The notes under the pieces are model-generated. The model was not told the DNA's origin, ran no database searches, and saw nothing but the letters and a program-made list of their open reading frames with translations. A stretch of DNA of 30,257 nt, taken from positions 1-30,257 of the IMG/VR virus record IMGVR_UViG_3300023284_002712; one strand, written 5' to 3'. Source of the stretch: a virus. This document shows positions 14,801 to 21,285 of the stretch, one piece after another. Every line of letters starts with the position of its first letter. Positions within the stretch are counted from its first letter, which is position 1. The position numbers and the translations under genes are program-made.

Positions 14801-15332
14801 TGGGCAGCCATGGTTTTCTCAAATTCCTTTAGATAATTTAATTTCAACATTAGTTTGGAATGATACTTCTGGAATAATTACTTACACTTATGCAGATAGT
14901 TCTACCATTCTTAATTTAGCAAGACTTTTTGTTATACAACAATCCTTAGTCAATTCCTCAGCAGATAGTACAATATGTAATGTAAATTCTAGTTTAAATG
15001 CTGCCGTCTTAACTTGTGATGTTGGGAATAGTTCTGGATTTTATACGGCTAGTTCTTTCATTACAAGAAATTCCACAGAAACTCTTGATCTTCAAATAAG
15101 TTTCCAGATAGAAACCCTTTCGGCAATTGTTGGATTACTTGGTTTATTCTATGGGTGGTTCTTAATTTTAATCGCTTCATTCATGTTCAAGTTCAATGAG
15201 ATTGCAGGAATCTGGGCTATAACAATAGTAGTATTGATGGTAAATCTCATTGGATTAATAAATTTTGGAGGAGTATTTGTAACGGCCACAATCGGTGTTG
15301 CAATATTATTAACATGGTTAATGAGCAACTAA
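11811..15332 (+). CDS. Giant sequon-rich surface protein (1173 aa): signal/anchor, LamG/ConA-like lectin domain, Ig-like repeats, three C-terminal TM helices; probable receptor-binding/terminal-fibre protein
   Basis: N-terminal LFILMFVMILLIGTVSA. FSVSIWFNLSS...LIDELGIWSRTLSQAEVTQLFNGG is the LamG (Laminin_G_3) hallmark, at about nt 12400-13010. Dozens of N-x-S/T sequons. C-terminal hydrophobic helices. Confidence 0.7.
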   Translation: MKKLFILMFVMILLIGTVSALDIDDVKDYNKENKTYTLKNALGLPLIGKTIAELELKTPQNNLVPIGYQKVAEIEIRNKNFDYENIINGIELYNIKKDMEGFSRNVDYKVKTIIQVPKYKMVCSGKLTEIVCNEEQDGLKNKIIWTDFTRNSLNKNEIITLGIFTDVQKGDNIEWVINVYGNERLTAWAEWTESLNVNIENFYKFNETSGDTIDFVNGFNGTIVGTITQGVVGLINNSYLYVSGTDYVNIPPSSGDNLGDEVDDFSVSIWFNLSSGHAGNIGLFQFGNLSGDIGDFNLALITGQLSAFGSNIVAFSDTGSFHHYVSTFDGTTFRSYLDGTSVENRSFTSSLNFTGENFSIGTYFDTSSGLEWEGLIDELGIWSRTLSQAEVTQLFNGGAGITFIDFPPVPPTINLDSPTNNTNFTTNNVVMNATIFDALNITNVTLYLDDIVNETNLTAGLNNTVWTFTKTMGEGDAFWTIESCNFNNSCGNASQRIFNVNTTPDIQYGAGVPVNNFNSTINFFDVNVTITEDLFQNITFDLYNTNSDLNETVTFTNSSRNVNWSNLPDGNYSYNVTIATTTNLFNFTETRNISIDTIDPLITVTSPTGDQGTFSSGLNLSLAWVASDVNIDVCQFDYEGSNTTVNCDNTEIGLTVTDSTATNLTFYVNDTFGRISFNSTSWSYSFIENNITFTPDVFETSSHFFEINLSTSLSVSAISAELNYNGTNFISSAACGEFCLVNNTIDIPLVTEGEFENKSFFWEISIFNGTDSINVNTSSTEQNVTRIHLEECGGAFTIEALNFTAHDEQNLSRIDPYLFDGDFDQWLGEGTVKRQSNFSASSTSDVDLCISPEDETFFIDATIEYDEAGNESLYTLRNYYFQNDTINNVSEDIFMYLLQSEFSTSFILKVQDDALLPVGNVLIETNRFYPGLNEFRIVQIAKTDALNGKSVGFFETEIVDYKFIITFNNNTLLETGVQKVIPETSPFTLTFNLGENLGQPWFSQIPLDNLISTLVWNDTSGIITYTYADSSTILNLARLFVIQQSLVNSSADSTICNVNSSLNAAVLTCDVGNSSGFYTASSFITRNSTETLDLQISFQIETLSAIVGLLGLFYGWFLILIASFMFKFNEIAGIWAITIVVLMVNLIGLINFGGVFVTATIGVAILLTWLMSN

Positions 15333-15772
15333 GAACTAAGAAATCTTTTACTACAAGGGATTTTGTAATTGCAGGAGTTTTATTTAGTGGAATAGTTGCA
15401 TTGTTTGTATTGGCCATCGCAGGAATTTCTGATGAATACGATACTTCAATATTAACTAATGAAGATTTCTCCGAAAATTATGATAGACTTACTGCTCAAA
15501 CCGAAAGGATTGAAACTGCAAGAGAAACGGCCGCAGCAGGAGGAGGATTAAGTTTCGTTGGAACATTTGATGTAGCATTCCAATCCACATTCACGGTTTT
15601 CCAAATGGTTTATCAAACATTAGATTTATTTGGTGATGTTTCAGGTAGCTTTGGAGAAGACTTTGGTTTAGATCCTACAGTTACCAAGATAGTTTTCCTA
15701 GTTGGTCTAGCAATATTAACAACCTTCATCGTATGGCAATTAGTTGGTGCTATTAGCAGGGGGAGAATATAA
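15314..15772 (+). CDS. Membrane protein (152 aa)
   Basis: N-terminal FVIAGVLFSGIVALFVLAIAGI and C-terminal IVFLVGLAILTTFIVWQLVGAI. Confidence 0.55.
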   Translation: MVNEQLRTKKSFTTRDFVIAGVLFSGIVALFVLAIAGISDEYDTSILTNEDFSENYDRLTAQTERIETARETAAAGGGLSFVGTFDVAFQSTFTVFQMVYQTLDLFGDVSGSFGEDFGLDPTVTKIVFLVGLAILTTFIVWQLVGAISRGRI

Positions 15773-16098
15773 TGCCTTTCACTCCAACATATTATCCAGT
15801 TCCTACTGTGAATGATACAAGAGATTTACTTACTGTGTTCCAGTGGATTTCAAATACTGCAACGGAGGGATTGTTTTTCCCAATTATGATTCTTGCGATT
15901 TGGGTTGTTCAATTCATAGGAGTAATGGCTGAAGGAAGACCTGCAAGTAGAGCGTGGGTGTTTGCTAGTTTTACTGCCACAATACTTTCCATAATCTTAG
16001 GAATACTTGCTATGATGGCTCAGAAATGGATTTACTTATTAATCCTAATGGTTTCAATAGGAGCATTTTGGGTAAGGTTAGTTAGTGCGAGGCAATAA
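15772..16098 (+). CDS. Polytopic membrane protein (108 aa)
   Basis: TAATG overlap. Three hydrophobic helices. Confidence 0.55.
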   Translation: MPFTPTYYPVPTVNDTRDLLTVFQWISNTATEGLFFPIMILAIWVVQFIGVMAEGRPASRAWVFASFTATILSIILGILAMMAQKWIYLLILMVSIGAFWVRLVSARQ

Positions 16099-16099
16099 T

Positions 16100-16270
16100 A
16101 TGGGAGAAGAAAATAACAAAACAATCTTGAAAAGAATCCATTCTAATCTTTCAGAATATATTGATTTCATTATCCAAAGACATAAGGAAGAATATGATAT
16201 TAAAATAAAGTTTACAGAAGCTTCCAACATTCTTGCAAAGAGAGCAAAAAAAGAAAAATTATTCAAGTGA
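16100..16270 (+). CDS. Small charged protein (56 aa)
   Basis: First ATG (MGEENNK...). The track start at 16085 is a GTG inside the upstream gene. Confidence 0.45.
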   Translation: MGEENNKTILKRIHSNLSEYIDFIIQRHKEEYDIKIKFTEASNILAKRAKKEKLFK

Positions 16271-16277
16271 TAACATT

Positions 16278-16295
16278 TGTAAACATAAGTTTACA
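16278..16295 (+). terminator. Short hairpin TGTAAAC-ATAA-GTTTACA after the 16100-16270 gene
   Basis: Perfect 7-bp stem followed by T-rich sequence. Weak. Confidence 0.25.
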
Positions 16296-16402
16296 TTCTA
16301 TTTAATAATGTAGATATATCTTTTTTTATTTAATTTTTTATGAAGTTTGATTTTAGGTATGAACCATTTGAACTATTTGAAAGGAGGATTTTATTTTTAT
16401 AA

Positions 16403-16702
16403 ATGGAATTAAGAAAAATTAATTCTGCTAACTCTAAGAAAGGAATTCAATTGAGTCAGGCTTTCGGTGCTGTTCTTACATTGGTTCTAGTTGCTGTCCT
16501 AGTTATTATAGCAATCTTCTTGTTCGTTACTCTAAGTGCTAGTTTCACAGAAAATTCTTCAGAAGCAAACGCCTCTGATGCAATGGTTACTGAATTTAGT
16601 AATTATACCTCTCTAATAGGTCTTGTTGGAACGATTATCTTCTTAGGATTGGTGATTGGTGTTCTTGTAACATCTTTTGCTTTTGGCGGAAGGAGAGTTT
16701 AA
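16403..16702 (+). CDS. Spindle-shaped-virus-type major capsid protein candidate, short paralog (99 aa)
   Basis: Two hydrophobic helices (AFGAVLTLVLVAVLVIIAIFLFV and LIGLVGTIIFLGLVIGVLVTSFAF) flank a short sequon-containing loop. This is the architecture of fusellovirus VP1 / His1 VP21. Confidence 0.6.
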   Translation: MELRKINSANSKKGIQLSQAFGAVLTLVLVAVLVIIAIFLFVTLSASFTENSSEANASDAMVTEFSNYTSLIGLVGTIIFLGLVIGVLVTSFAFGGRRV

Positions 16703-16721
16703 TTAATCCTATATAAAAAAG

Positions 16722-17252
16722 ATGGAACAGAAAAAAAGTATTCAACTTAGTCAAGCTTTCGGTGCTGTTCTTACATTGGTTCTTGTAGCTGTCTTAGTTA
16801 TTATTGCAATTTTTATATTTGTGAGTTTACAAACAAGTTTTGCAACAACAATAAGTGCAACAACCACAAATGAAACAGTGATTATCCCAGGTGAGGGAAT
16901 TGTTGCTGTTGCAAATGCACCACTATGTCAGTTCGGAAACTTTGGTTCAACGGTATTGATTAATGTAACGGAAGGATTTGGAATTGTATCAAATAACACA
17001 CTTGTCTTAGATACAGACTATGCTATCAATGCTACTACTGGAGAAATTCTTAACATTACTGCTATTTGGAATGAGAGTCTTACATCGTATTCCTATACTT
17101 GGGGATCAGAGGCTTGTACTGCTAGTGAAAATTTGACTACAGAGTTTGGTAACTATACATCTTTAATAGGATTAGTAGGAACGATTATCTTCTTAGGTCT
17201 TGTAATAGGAGTCCTTGTGACTGCCTTTGCATTCGGCGGAAGAAGAGTTTAA
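16722..17252 (+). CDS. Spindle-shaped-virus-type capsid protein paralog with ~77-aa sequon-rich insertion (176 aa)
   Basis: N- and C-terminal helices nearly identical to the upstream paralog (IQLSQAFGAVLTLVLVAVLVIIAIF; NYTSLIGLVGTIIFLGLVIGVLVT.FAFGGRRV). The central domain carries many N-x-S/T sequons. Confidence 0.6.
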   Translation: MEQKKSIQLSQAFGAVLTLVLVAVLVIIAIFIFVSLQTSFATTISATTTNETVIIPGEGIVAVANAPLCQFGNFGSTVLINVTEGFGIVSNNTLVLDTDYAINATTGEILNITAIWNESLTSYSYTWGSEACTASENLTTEFGNYTSLIGLVGTIIFLGLVIGVLVTAFAFGGRRV

Positions 17253-17269
17253 AAATATAAATATTGATT

Positions 17270-17295
17270 ACCCCCAACTTATTTTCAAAGGGGGT
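17270..17295 (+). terminator. Hairpin ACCCCC-N14-GGGGGT immediately downstream of the capsid gene pair
   Basis: 6-bp G/C stem in an AT-rich context, 18 nt after the stop at 17252. Confidence 0.35.
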
Positions 17296-17306
17296 TCATA
17301 CTCAAA

Positions 17307-17510
17307 ATGAGCAGAGAAAACTTAATTGACACTCTGCGTCATACTCAAAAGAAAATGGTAAAAAAAATGGTAAAAATAAAAGAAGTATCTTTTGATATAA
17401 TAAAAACTATGACTGTTGGAGAAGTTAGAAAGTTAGACAAAGCTATGAAAAAATTCAAAGTTCCTAATGTTCAATTAGTCAGAGATTATGGGAAGAAGAT
17501 TCCATTATAA
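17307..17510 (+). CDS. Small Lys-rich protein (67 aa)
   Basis: Contains the tandem KKMVKKMVK (DNA aaaatggtaaaaa x2). Confidence 0.5.
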   Translation: MSRENLIDTLRHTQKKMVKKMVKIKEVSFDIIKTMTVGEVRKLDKAMKKFKVPNVQLVRDYGKKIPL

Positions 17511-17524
17511 GGGAGGAAAATATC

Positions 17525-17698
17525 ATGGGAAGAATAAAATTAAAACCAAAAAGATTAAAGGGAATACCTAAGATAAAATTGAAAAGACTTGGGAGGCCTT
17601 TAGCAAGAGATGTTAGAAGTGCCGCAAAGGTTGGAAAGAGTATAGCGAAGAAGAAGATTGGTGGCATTAAAAGGAAATCAAAAGGGAGGAGAAAATAA
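17525..17698 (+). CDS. Extremely basic small protein (57 aa, roughly 40 percent K+R); below the track cutoff
   Basis: Hand translation MGRIKLKPKRLKGIPKIKLKRLGRPLARDVRSAAKVGKSIAKKKIGGIKRKSKGRRK. GGGAGGA lies upstream. Confidence 0.5.
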   Translation: MGRIKLKPKRLKGIPKIKLKRLGRPLARDVRSAAKVGKSIAKKKIGGIKRKSKGRRK

Positions 17699-17827
17699 AT
17701 GGTAGTAAAAAATTCCAGGACTAAAAGAATGGCTATGATGAAAGCAACTGCAGCTAGGAAGCGTGGACTTCAAGCAAGTGTTTTCAAAAAGACGAAAGGT
17801 TATGGAACATCAGTAACAAGAAAATAA
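17699..17827 (+). CDS. Basic small protein (42 aa); below the track cutoff
   Basis: The ATG abuts the upstream TAA. MVVKNSRTKRMAMMKATAARKRGLQASVFKKTKGYGTSVTRK. Confidence 0.45.
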   Translation: MVVKNSRTKRMAMMKATAARKRGLQASVFKKTKGYGTSVTRK

Positions 17828-17828
17828 A

Positions 17829-18101
17829 ATGGTAAGAATAACTAAAAGTATTTTCTTTCCTCCGAAAGATAAAGCTTTAGCTAGAAAGATTTCCATAAGA
17901 TCTCCTAGAGAATTTAGAAATAGTATTAGAAAATTAAGGGTTGGAGGAATTACATTAAAAGAAAGGAGGGCTTTAATTCTTGCTCGAACTAGAGCTAAAG
18001 TTCAATTAAAAAGAAATAATCTTTCAGCTAAAGAAAAAAGACAATTCAGATCGATCTCACAAATAAATATACCTAGGGTAACAAAACCTAAAAAAAGGTA
18101 A
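17829..18101 (+). CDS. Basic protein (90 aa)
   Basis: R/K-rich throughout and ends TKPKKR. Its last codons AAA-AGG-TAA form the start of 17-mer copy 3. Confidence 0.55.
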   Translation: MVRITKSIFFPPKDKALARKISIRSPREFRNSIRKLRVGGITLKERRALILARTRAKVQLKRNNLSAKEKRQFRSISQINIPRVTKPKKR

Positions 18102-18111
18102 TGTAATTAAA
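18095..18111 (+). promoter_or_regulatory. Copy 3 of exact 17-mer AAGGTAATGTAATTAAA
   Basis: Exact identity. The TATA-like half starts 30 nt before ATG 18133. Confidence 0.6.
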
Positions 18112-18132
18112 GAACTAATGGGTAATAATAAA

Positions 18133-18255
18133 ATGTCAAAGAAAAATAAAAAAGATTTTTCTACAAAAAAGCAAATTGATAAAATAGTTTCTTCCGTTCC
18201 AAACATTCAAAAGGAAGCTATTGATTTTACAAAATTGAATGGGGGTAGATTGTAA
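18133..18255 (+). CDS. Small Lys-rich protein (40 aa); below the track cutoff
   Basis: MSKKNKKDFSTKKQIDKIVSSVPNIQKEAIDFTKLNGGRL. An in-frame ATG at 18118 is an alternative start. Confidence 0.4.
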   Translation: MSKKNKKDFSTKKQIDKIVSSVPNIQKEAIDFTKLNGGRL

Positions 18256-18425
18256 TGGGAAAAAGATTTAGAATCTTATTTGTTCCCTCTTTTTCAACAA
18301 TCAAAAAAGCAGCAGGAAGAAAAATAACTCTTAGACAAACTTTTAACAAAAGATCAACAGCAGAAGCTGCAGCTAGAAAGTTAAAAAGAAGAGGAGATAA
18401 AGGAATTGAAATTAGAAAAGCATAA
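18255..18425 (+). CDS. Basic small protein (56 aa); below the track cutoff
   Basis: TAATG overlap. MGKRFRILFVPSFSTIKKAAGRKITLRQTFNKRSTAEAAARKLKRRGDKGIEIRKA. Confidence 0.45.
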   Translation: MGKRFRILFVPSFSTIKKAAGRKITLRQTFNKRSTAEAAARKLKRRGDKGIEIRKA

Positions 18426-18440
18426 CAACTAATATTTGAA

Positions 18441-18827
18441 ATGGTAACAAAACGGAAAACAATTGCACAATTGAAAAGAGAAATAGCTTCGCAAAGAAGA
18501 AGAATTGCTAAAGAACAATTACTATCAGAGCAAATTGGAGAAAGACAAAAACTTTCAAAAGAATTATTTGAATTAAGGAATCGACAATTAATCCAAGCTG
18601 GAGGAAAGGCCAAAAGATTATCAGCTAGATTTGGTAGGGGAATTCTTAGAGTAGGAAAGAAAGTAGCACCAGTTCTTCAGAAACAAGCAAGGTTAATTAG
18701 AGAACAACAATTAAGAGATGATGCAATTGCTAGAAGATTATCTAAGGGAACAAAACCGAAAACCTCTAAAAGAAAGAAGACTTCTAAGAAAACTAGAAGA
18801 AGAAAGTCTAAAAGAAAAAAAAGGTAA
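18441..18827 (+). CDS. Basic coiled-coil protein (128 aa) with K/R tail
   Basis: Ends KRKKTSKKTRRRKSKRKKR. Its last codons AAA-AGG-TAA again form the start of the 17-mer (copy 4). Confidence 0.6.
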   Translation: MVTKRKTIAQLKREIASQRRRIAKEQLLSEQIGERQKLSKELFELRNRQLIQAGGKAKRLSARFGRGILRVGKKVAPVLQKQARLIREQQLRDDAIARRLSKGTKPKTSKRKKTSKKTRRRKSKRKKR

Positions 18828-18837
18828 TGTAATTAAA
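18821..18837 (+). promoter_or_regulatory. Copy 4 of exact 17-mer AAGGTAATGTAATTAAA
   Basis: Exact identity. The TATA-like half starts 30 nt before ATG 18859. Confidence 0.6.
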
Positions 18838-18858
18838 TAAAGATTTCTTATAATAAAA

Positions 18859-19737
18859 ATGGTCAAGTCAAGAGTTAATATAAAAACTACTATTGGATTA
18901 TTTTTTGGATTATTCATTTTAATAATATTCTCCTTCGTTGTTACCTCCCAAGTTATCGGAGATACTCAAGTTATAGATCTTGCAGAAAAAGCGAGAGATT
19001 TTTTCATTGAAGCAACTAAAGGAAATATAGTGGGCCAACAAACAGGTAATCAATTTGGAGAAAATCTTCTTGTTGGAACTACACTAGAAGATGTACAAAG
19101 TCAGGGGGGGGTTTTGGTTTTTTTAGAGAGTGCTGAAACAATGGATGTTATTTCTACAGATACAGTCAATGATATTCTTGGGGCTGCGAACGCTAATTCT
19201 GTTTTAATAAAAGGTTTAGATGAAAATTTTACAGAAAAACAAGAAGTCATTAATTTAAGTTCTATTGTAGTTACAACAGTAAATGAATATATAAGAATTC
19301 AGACTACAGAAGTTCAAAGTGTTGGAACTTATGGGGCAGTTAATTTAGGAACCATTAGTATAACTTCAAATGTAAGTGCAACTTTACAATCAGAAATTCC
19401 TGCATTAGAATCAAAGAGTTCCTCAACACATTATACTGTGCCTACTGGACAAAAATTAATATTAACTTCTTTTTCAGCTACGATGGACACAGGAAAAGCT
19501 GTTGATATTTTATTGCACTCAAGACCTAATGCAGATGTAACATCAGGAGAAATGAGTCCTGAAATAATATTTAGAACTTTTAGAGGATTGGCAACTCCTA
19601 TTGGAAGAAGAAGTTTGGGAAACTTAAACTTTGATGAAAAAACAGATATTTGGTTTTCCTCAGCGACGACAAGTGGAGGTCAAACCGCTAGTGTAGAAGT
19701 AAATTATGATTTCTTACAATATGGAATCGGATCATAA
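18859..19737 (+). CDS. Membrane-anchored/secreted beta-rich protein (292 aa), probable virion component
   Basis: N-terminal IGLFFGLFILIIFSFVVTS. No recognisable motif. Driven by 17-mer copy 4. Confidence 0.6.
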   Translation: MVKSRVNIKTTIGLFFGLFILIIFSFVVTSQVIGDTQVIDLAEKARDFFIEATKGNIVGQQTGNQFGENLLVGTTLEDVQSQGGVLVFLESAETMDVISTDTVNDILGAANANSVLIKGLDENFTEKQEVINLSSIVVTTVNEYIRIQTTEVQSVGTYGAVNLGTISITSNVSATLQSEIPALESKSSSTHYTVPTGQKLILTSFSATMDTGKAVDILLHSRPNADVTSGEMSPEIIFRTFRGLATPIGRRSLGNLNFDEKTDIWFSSATTSGGQTASVEVNYDFLQYGIGS

Positions 19738-20428
19738 AAAAATATTAATTGTAATGCTATTAGGCATTTTTTTAATAGCCAGTGCCTCTGCTCTAACTTA
19801 CCAAGCAGATACGGATTTTGATATAAACATTGTTTGTATTAATGTAGGTTTTTGTTCTGCTGCAGCAGAATGTAATGCTTCAATATTCTCTCCAGATGGA
19901 ACGGTTCTTTTAGATGGAGTTCAGGCAACTCAATCAGCAAGTTTAGCTGTCTATAATCTTAGTTTAAATTCAACTCAAACATCTGATTTAGGAGAATATC
20001 AAGTTGGAGGTTTCTGTAAAGATGGGAGCGTAACACAAATAATTGATTTTACATTTCAGGTAACTCCTACAGGAGGAGATTTAGATACTGGCCAAGGAAT
20101 AATAGTTGTGGGTTTAATTATTATACTTCTATTTCTGTCAGCAACTTTCCTATTCTTTGGAAATAGAATAGAAAAAACATCTGTTAAAGTATTTTTAATT
20201 GCATTGGGGGCATTGTTTTTATTATTAACATTAGGATTTTCAATAGTTTCCATTAAACAATTATTATTACTTGGTTCTGTTTTCTCTGGACTATTTGTAG
20301 GACTCTATAGATTATCATTAGCATTAATATCTGCAGGAATGATTGCGATACTACTTTACTTAGTCACAGTATCAGTTAAAGCTTTCAAGAAATCTAGGGG
20401 AATCTTAGATGACGATGATGACTTTTAA
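19721..20428 (+). CDS. Membrane glycoprotein-like protein (235 aa; alternative start 19706): signal peptide, Cys-containing ectodomain, four TM helices, acidic tail
   Basis: ILIVMLLGIFLIASASA. Ectodomain with several Cys and N-x-S/T sequons. C-terminal helices. Ends DDDDDF. Confidence 0.6.
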   Translation: MESDHKKILIVMLLGIFLIASASALTYQADTDFDINIVCINVGFCSAAAECNASIFSPDGTVLLDGVQATQSASLAVYNLSLNSTQTSDLGEYQVGGFCKDGSVTQIIDFTFQVTPTGGDLDTGQGIIVVGLIIILLFLSATFLFFGNRIEKTSVKVFLIALGALFLLLTLGFSIVSIKQLLLLGSVFSGLFVGLYRLSLALISAGMIAILLYLVTVSVKAFKKSRGILDDDDDF

Positions 20429-20436
20429 ACCTAAAT

Positions 20437-20445
20437 GTTTATAAA
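20437..20445 (+). promoter_or_regulatory. TATA-like box GTTTATAAA for the replication/early-type operon
   Basis: Starts exactly 30 nt upstream of ATG 20467. Confidence 0.4.
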
Positions 20446-20466
20446 CCTATTAATAATATTATTATT

Positions 20467-20577
20467 ATGACTAATAAAAAAGAATGTAAACAATGTGATT
20501 GGAAGTGGGAAGCACGAAAAGAGAAACCCGCACAATGTCCTAAATGTAAAAGATATGATTGGGAGGAGAAGAAATGA
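20467..20577 (+). CDS. Zinc-ribbon miniprotein (36 aa); below the track cutoff
   Basis: MTNKKECKQCDWKWEARKEKPAQCPKCKRYDWEEKK (CxxC...CxxC). Confidence 0.45.
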   Translation: MTNKKECKQCDWKWEARKEKPAQCPKCKRYDWEEKK

Positions 20578-20762
20578 AATGTGAATGTGGATTTAAATTT
20601 GCAGGAGCAGGAGAATATAGGAACTGTGAAGCGTTTATAACTAAAGAAGGAAAGAGTGGAATCGTTTGTCCAGATTGTAATAATTCTTATGTTAATGGAA
20701 TAAAAGTAAAACTTATAGAATCAAAAGGAGGTATTAAACAAGATGAAAAAAGTACAAGTTGA
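20574..20762 (+). CDS. Zinc-ribbon protein (62 aa)
   Basis: ATGA overlap. MKCECGF...CPDC. The track start at 20559 is non-ATG. Confidence 0.5.
   Translation: MKCECGFKFAGAGEYRNCEAFITKEGKSGIVCPDCNNSYVNGIKVKLIESKGGIKQDEKSTS
20707..20733 (+). repeat. Copy A of 27-bp exact repeat TAAAACTTATAGAATCAAAAGGAGGTA (ribosome-binding region of gene 20743)
   Basis: Identical to 27443-27469. Ends 10 nt before ATG 20743. Confidence 0.85.
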
Positions 20763-21285
20763 GATAACGGGCATCACTCCTTTACTAATGAATAATCCAG
20801 CTTCCATGATTGAGAACGCCACAAACGAACTCAAATCAAAAACAAAGGAAATGAATCACGAAGAAGCTGCAGAAAAACTTACTTACAAGGATAAGAATGG
20901 AGAATTATACATTCCTGCTGAAGCAATCAAAGGAACTTTGATTGGAGCTTCTTCATATAAAAAGATAGGGAAGTTTACAGCAAGACCTATGATTGCTGGA
21001 GGAGTTTCTATTTTGCCCCAAAAAATAAGTTTGGGAACTAAGGAATATGAACTAGATATAAGAACTGTTGTTATTCAAAGAAATAGAGTAGTAAAAGCTA
21101 GACCAATGATTGAAAATTGGAAAGCATCTTTTGAACTTCTTTACAATGAAAAGCTAATTGGAAATTCAGAAATTATAAAATCTATTTTAACTGAAGCAGG
21201 AGAAAGGGTTGGCTTACTTGATTTTAGACCACAGAAGTTAGGAAGTTTTGGAATGTTTAAGGTAACAAAATGGAAGGAAGAATAA
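20743..21285 (+). CDS. Hypothetical protein (180 aa) with RAMP-like features (weak)
   Basis: YIPAEAIKGTLIGAS and a C-terminal Gly-rich loop KLGSFGMFKV resemble Cas RAMP hallmarks by eye only. Confidence 0.3.
   Translation: MKKVQVEITGITPLLMNNPASMIENATNELKSKTKEMNHEEAAEKLTYKDKNGELYIPAEAIKGTLIGASSYKKIGKFTARPMIAGGVSILPQKISLGTKEYELDIRTVVIQRNRVVKARPMIENWKASFELLYNEKLIGNSEIIKSILTEAGERVGLLDFRPQKLGSFGMFKVTKWKEE

Noticed and set aside
17479-18613. Antisense ORFs 17479-17667 and 18227-18613 on the minus strand
   Set aside because: They are the complement of AAA/AAG/AGA-rich sense codons, giving F/L/S-rich junk. The sense strand has a continuous chain of abutting small basic ORFs with SD sites and promoter motifs.
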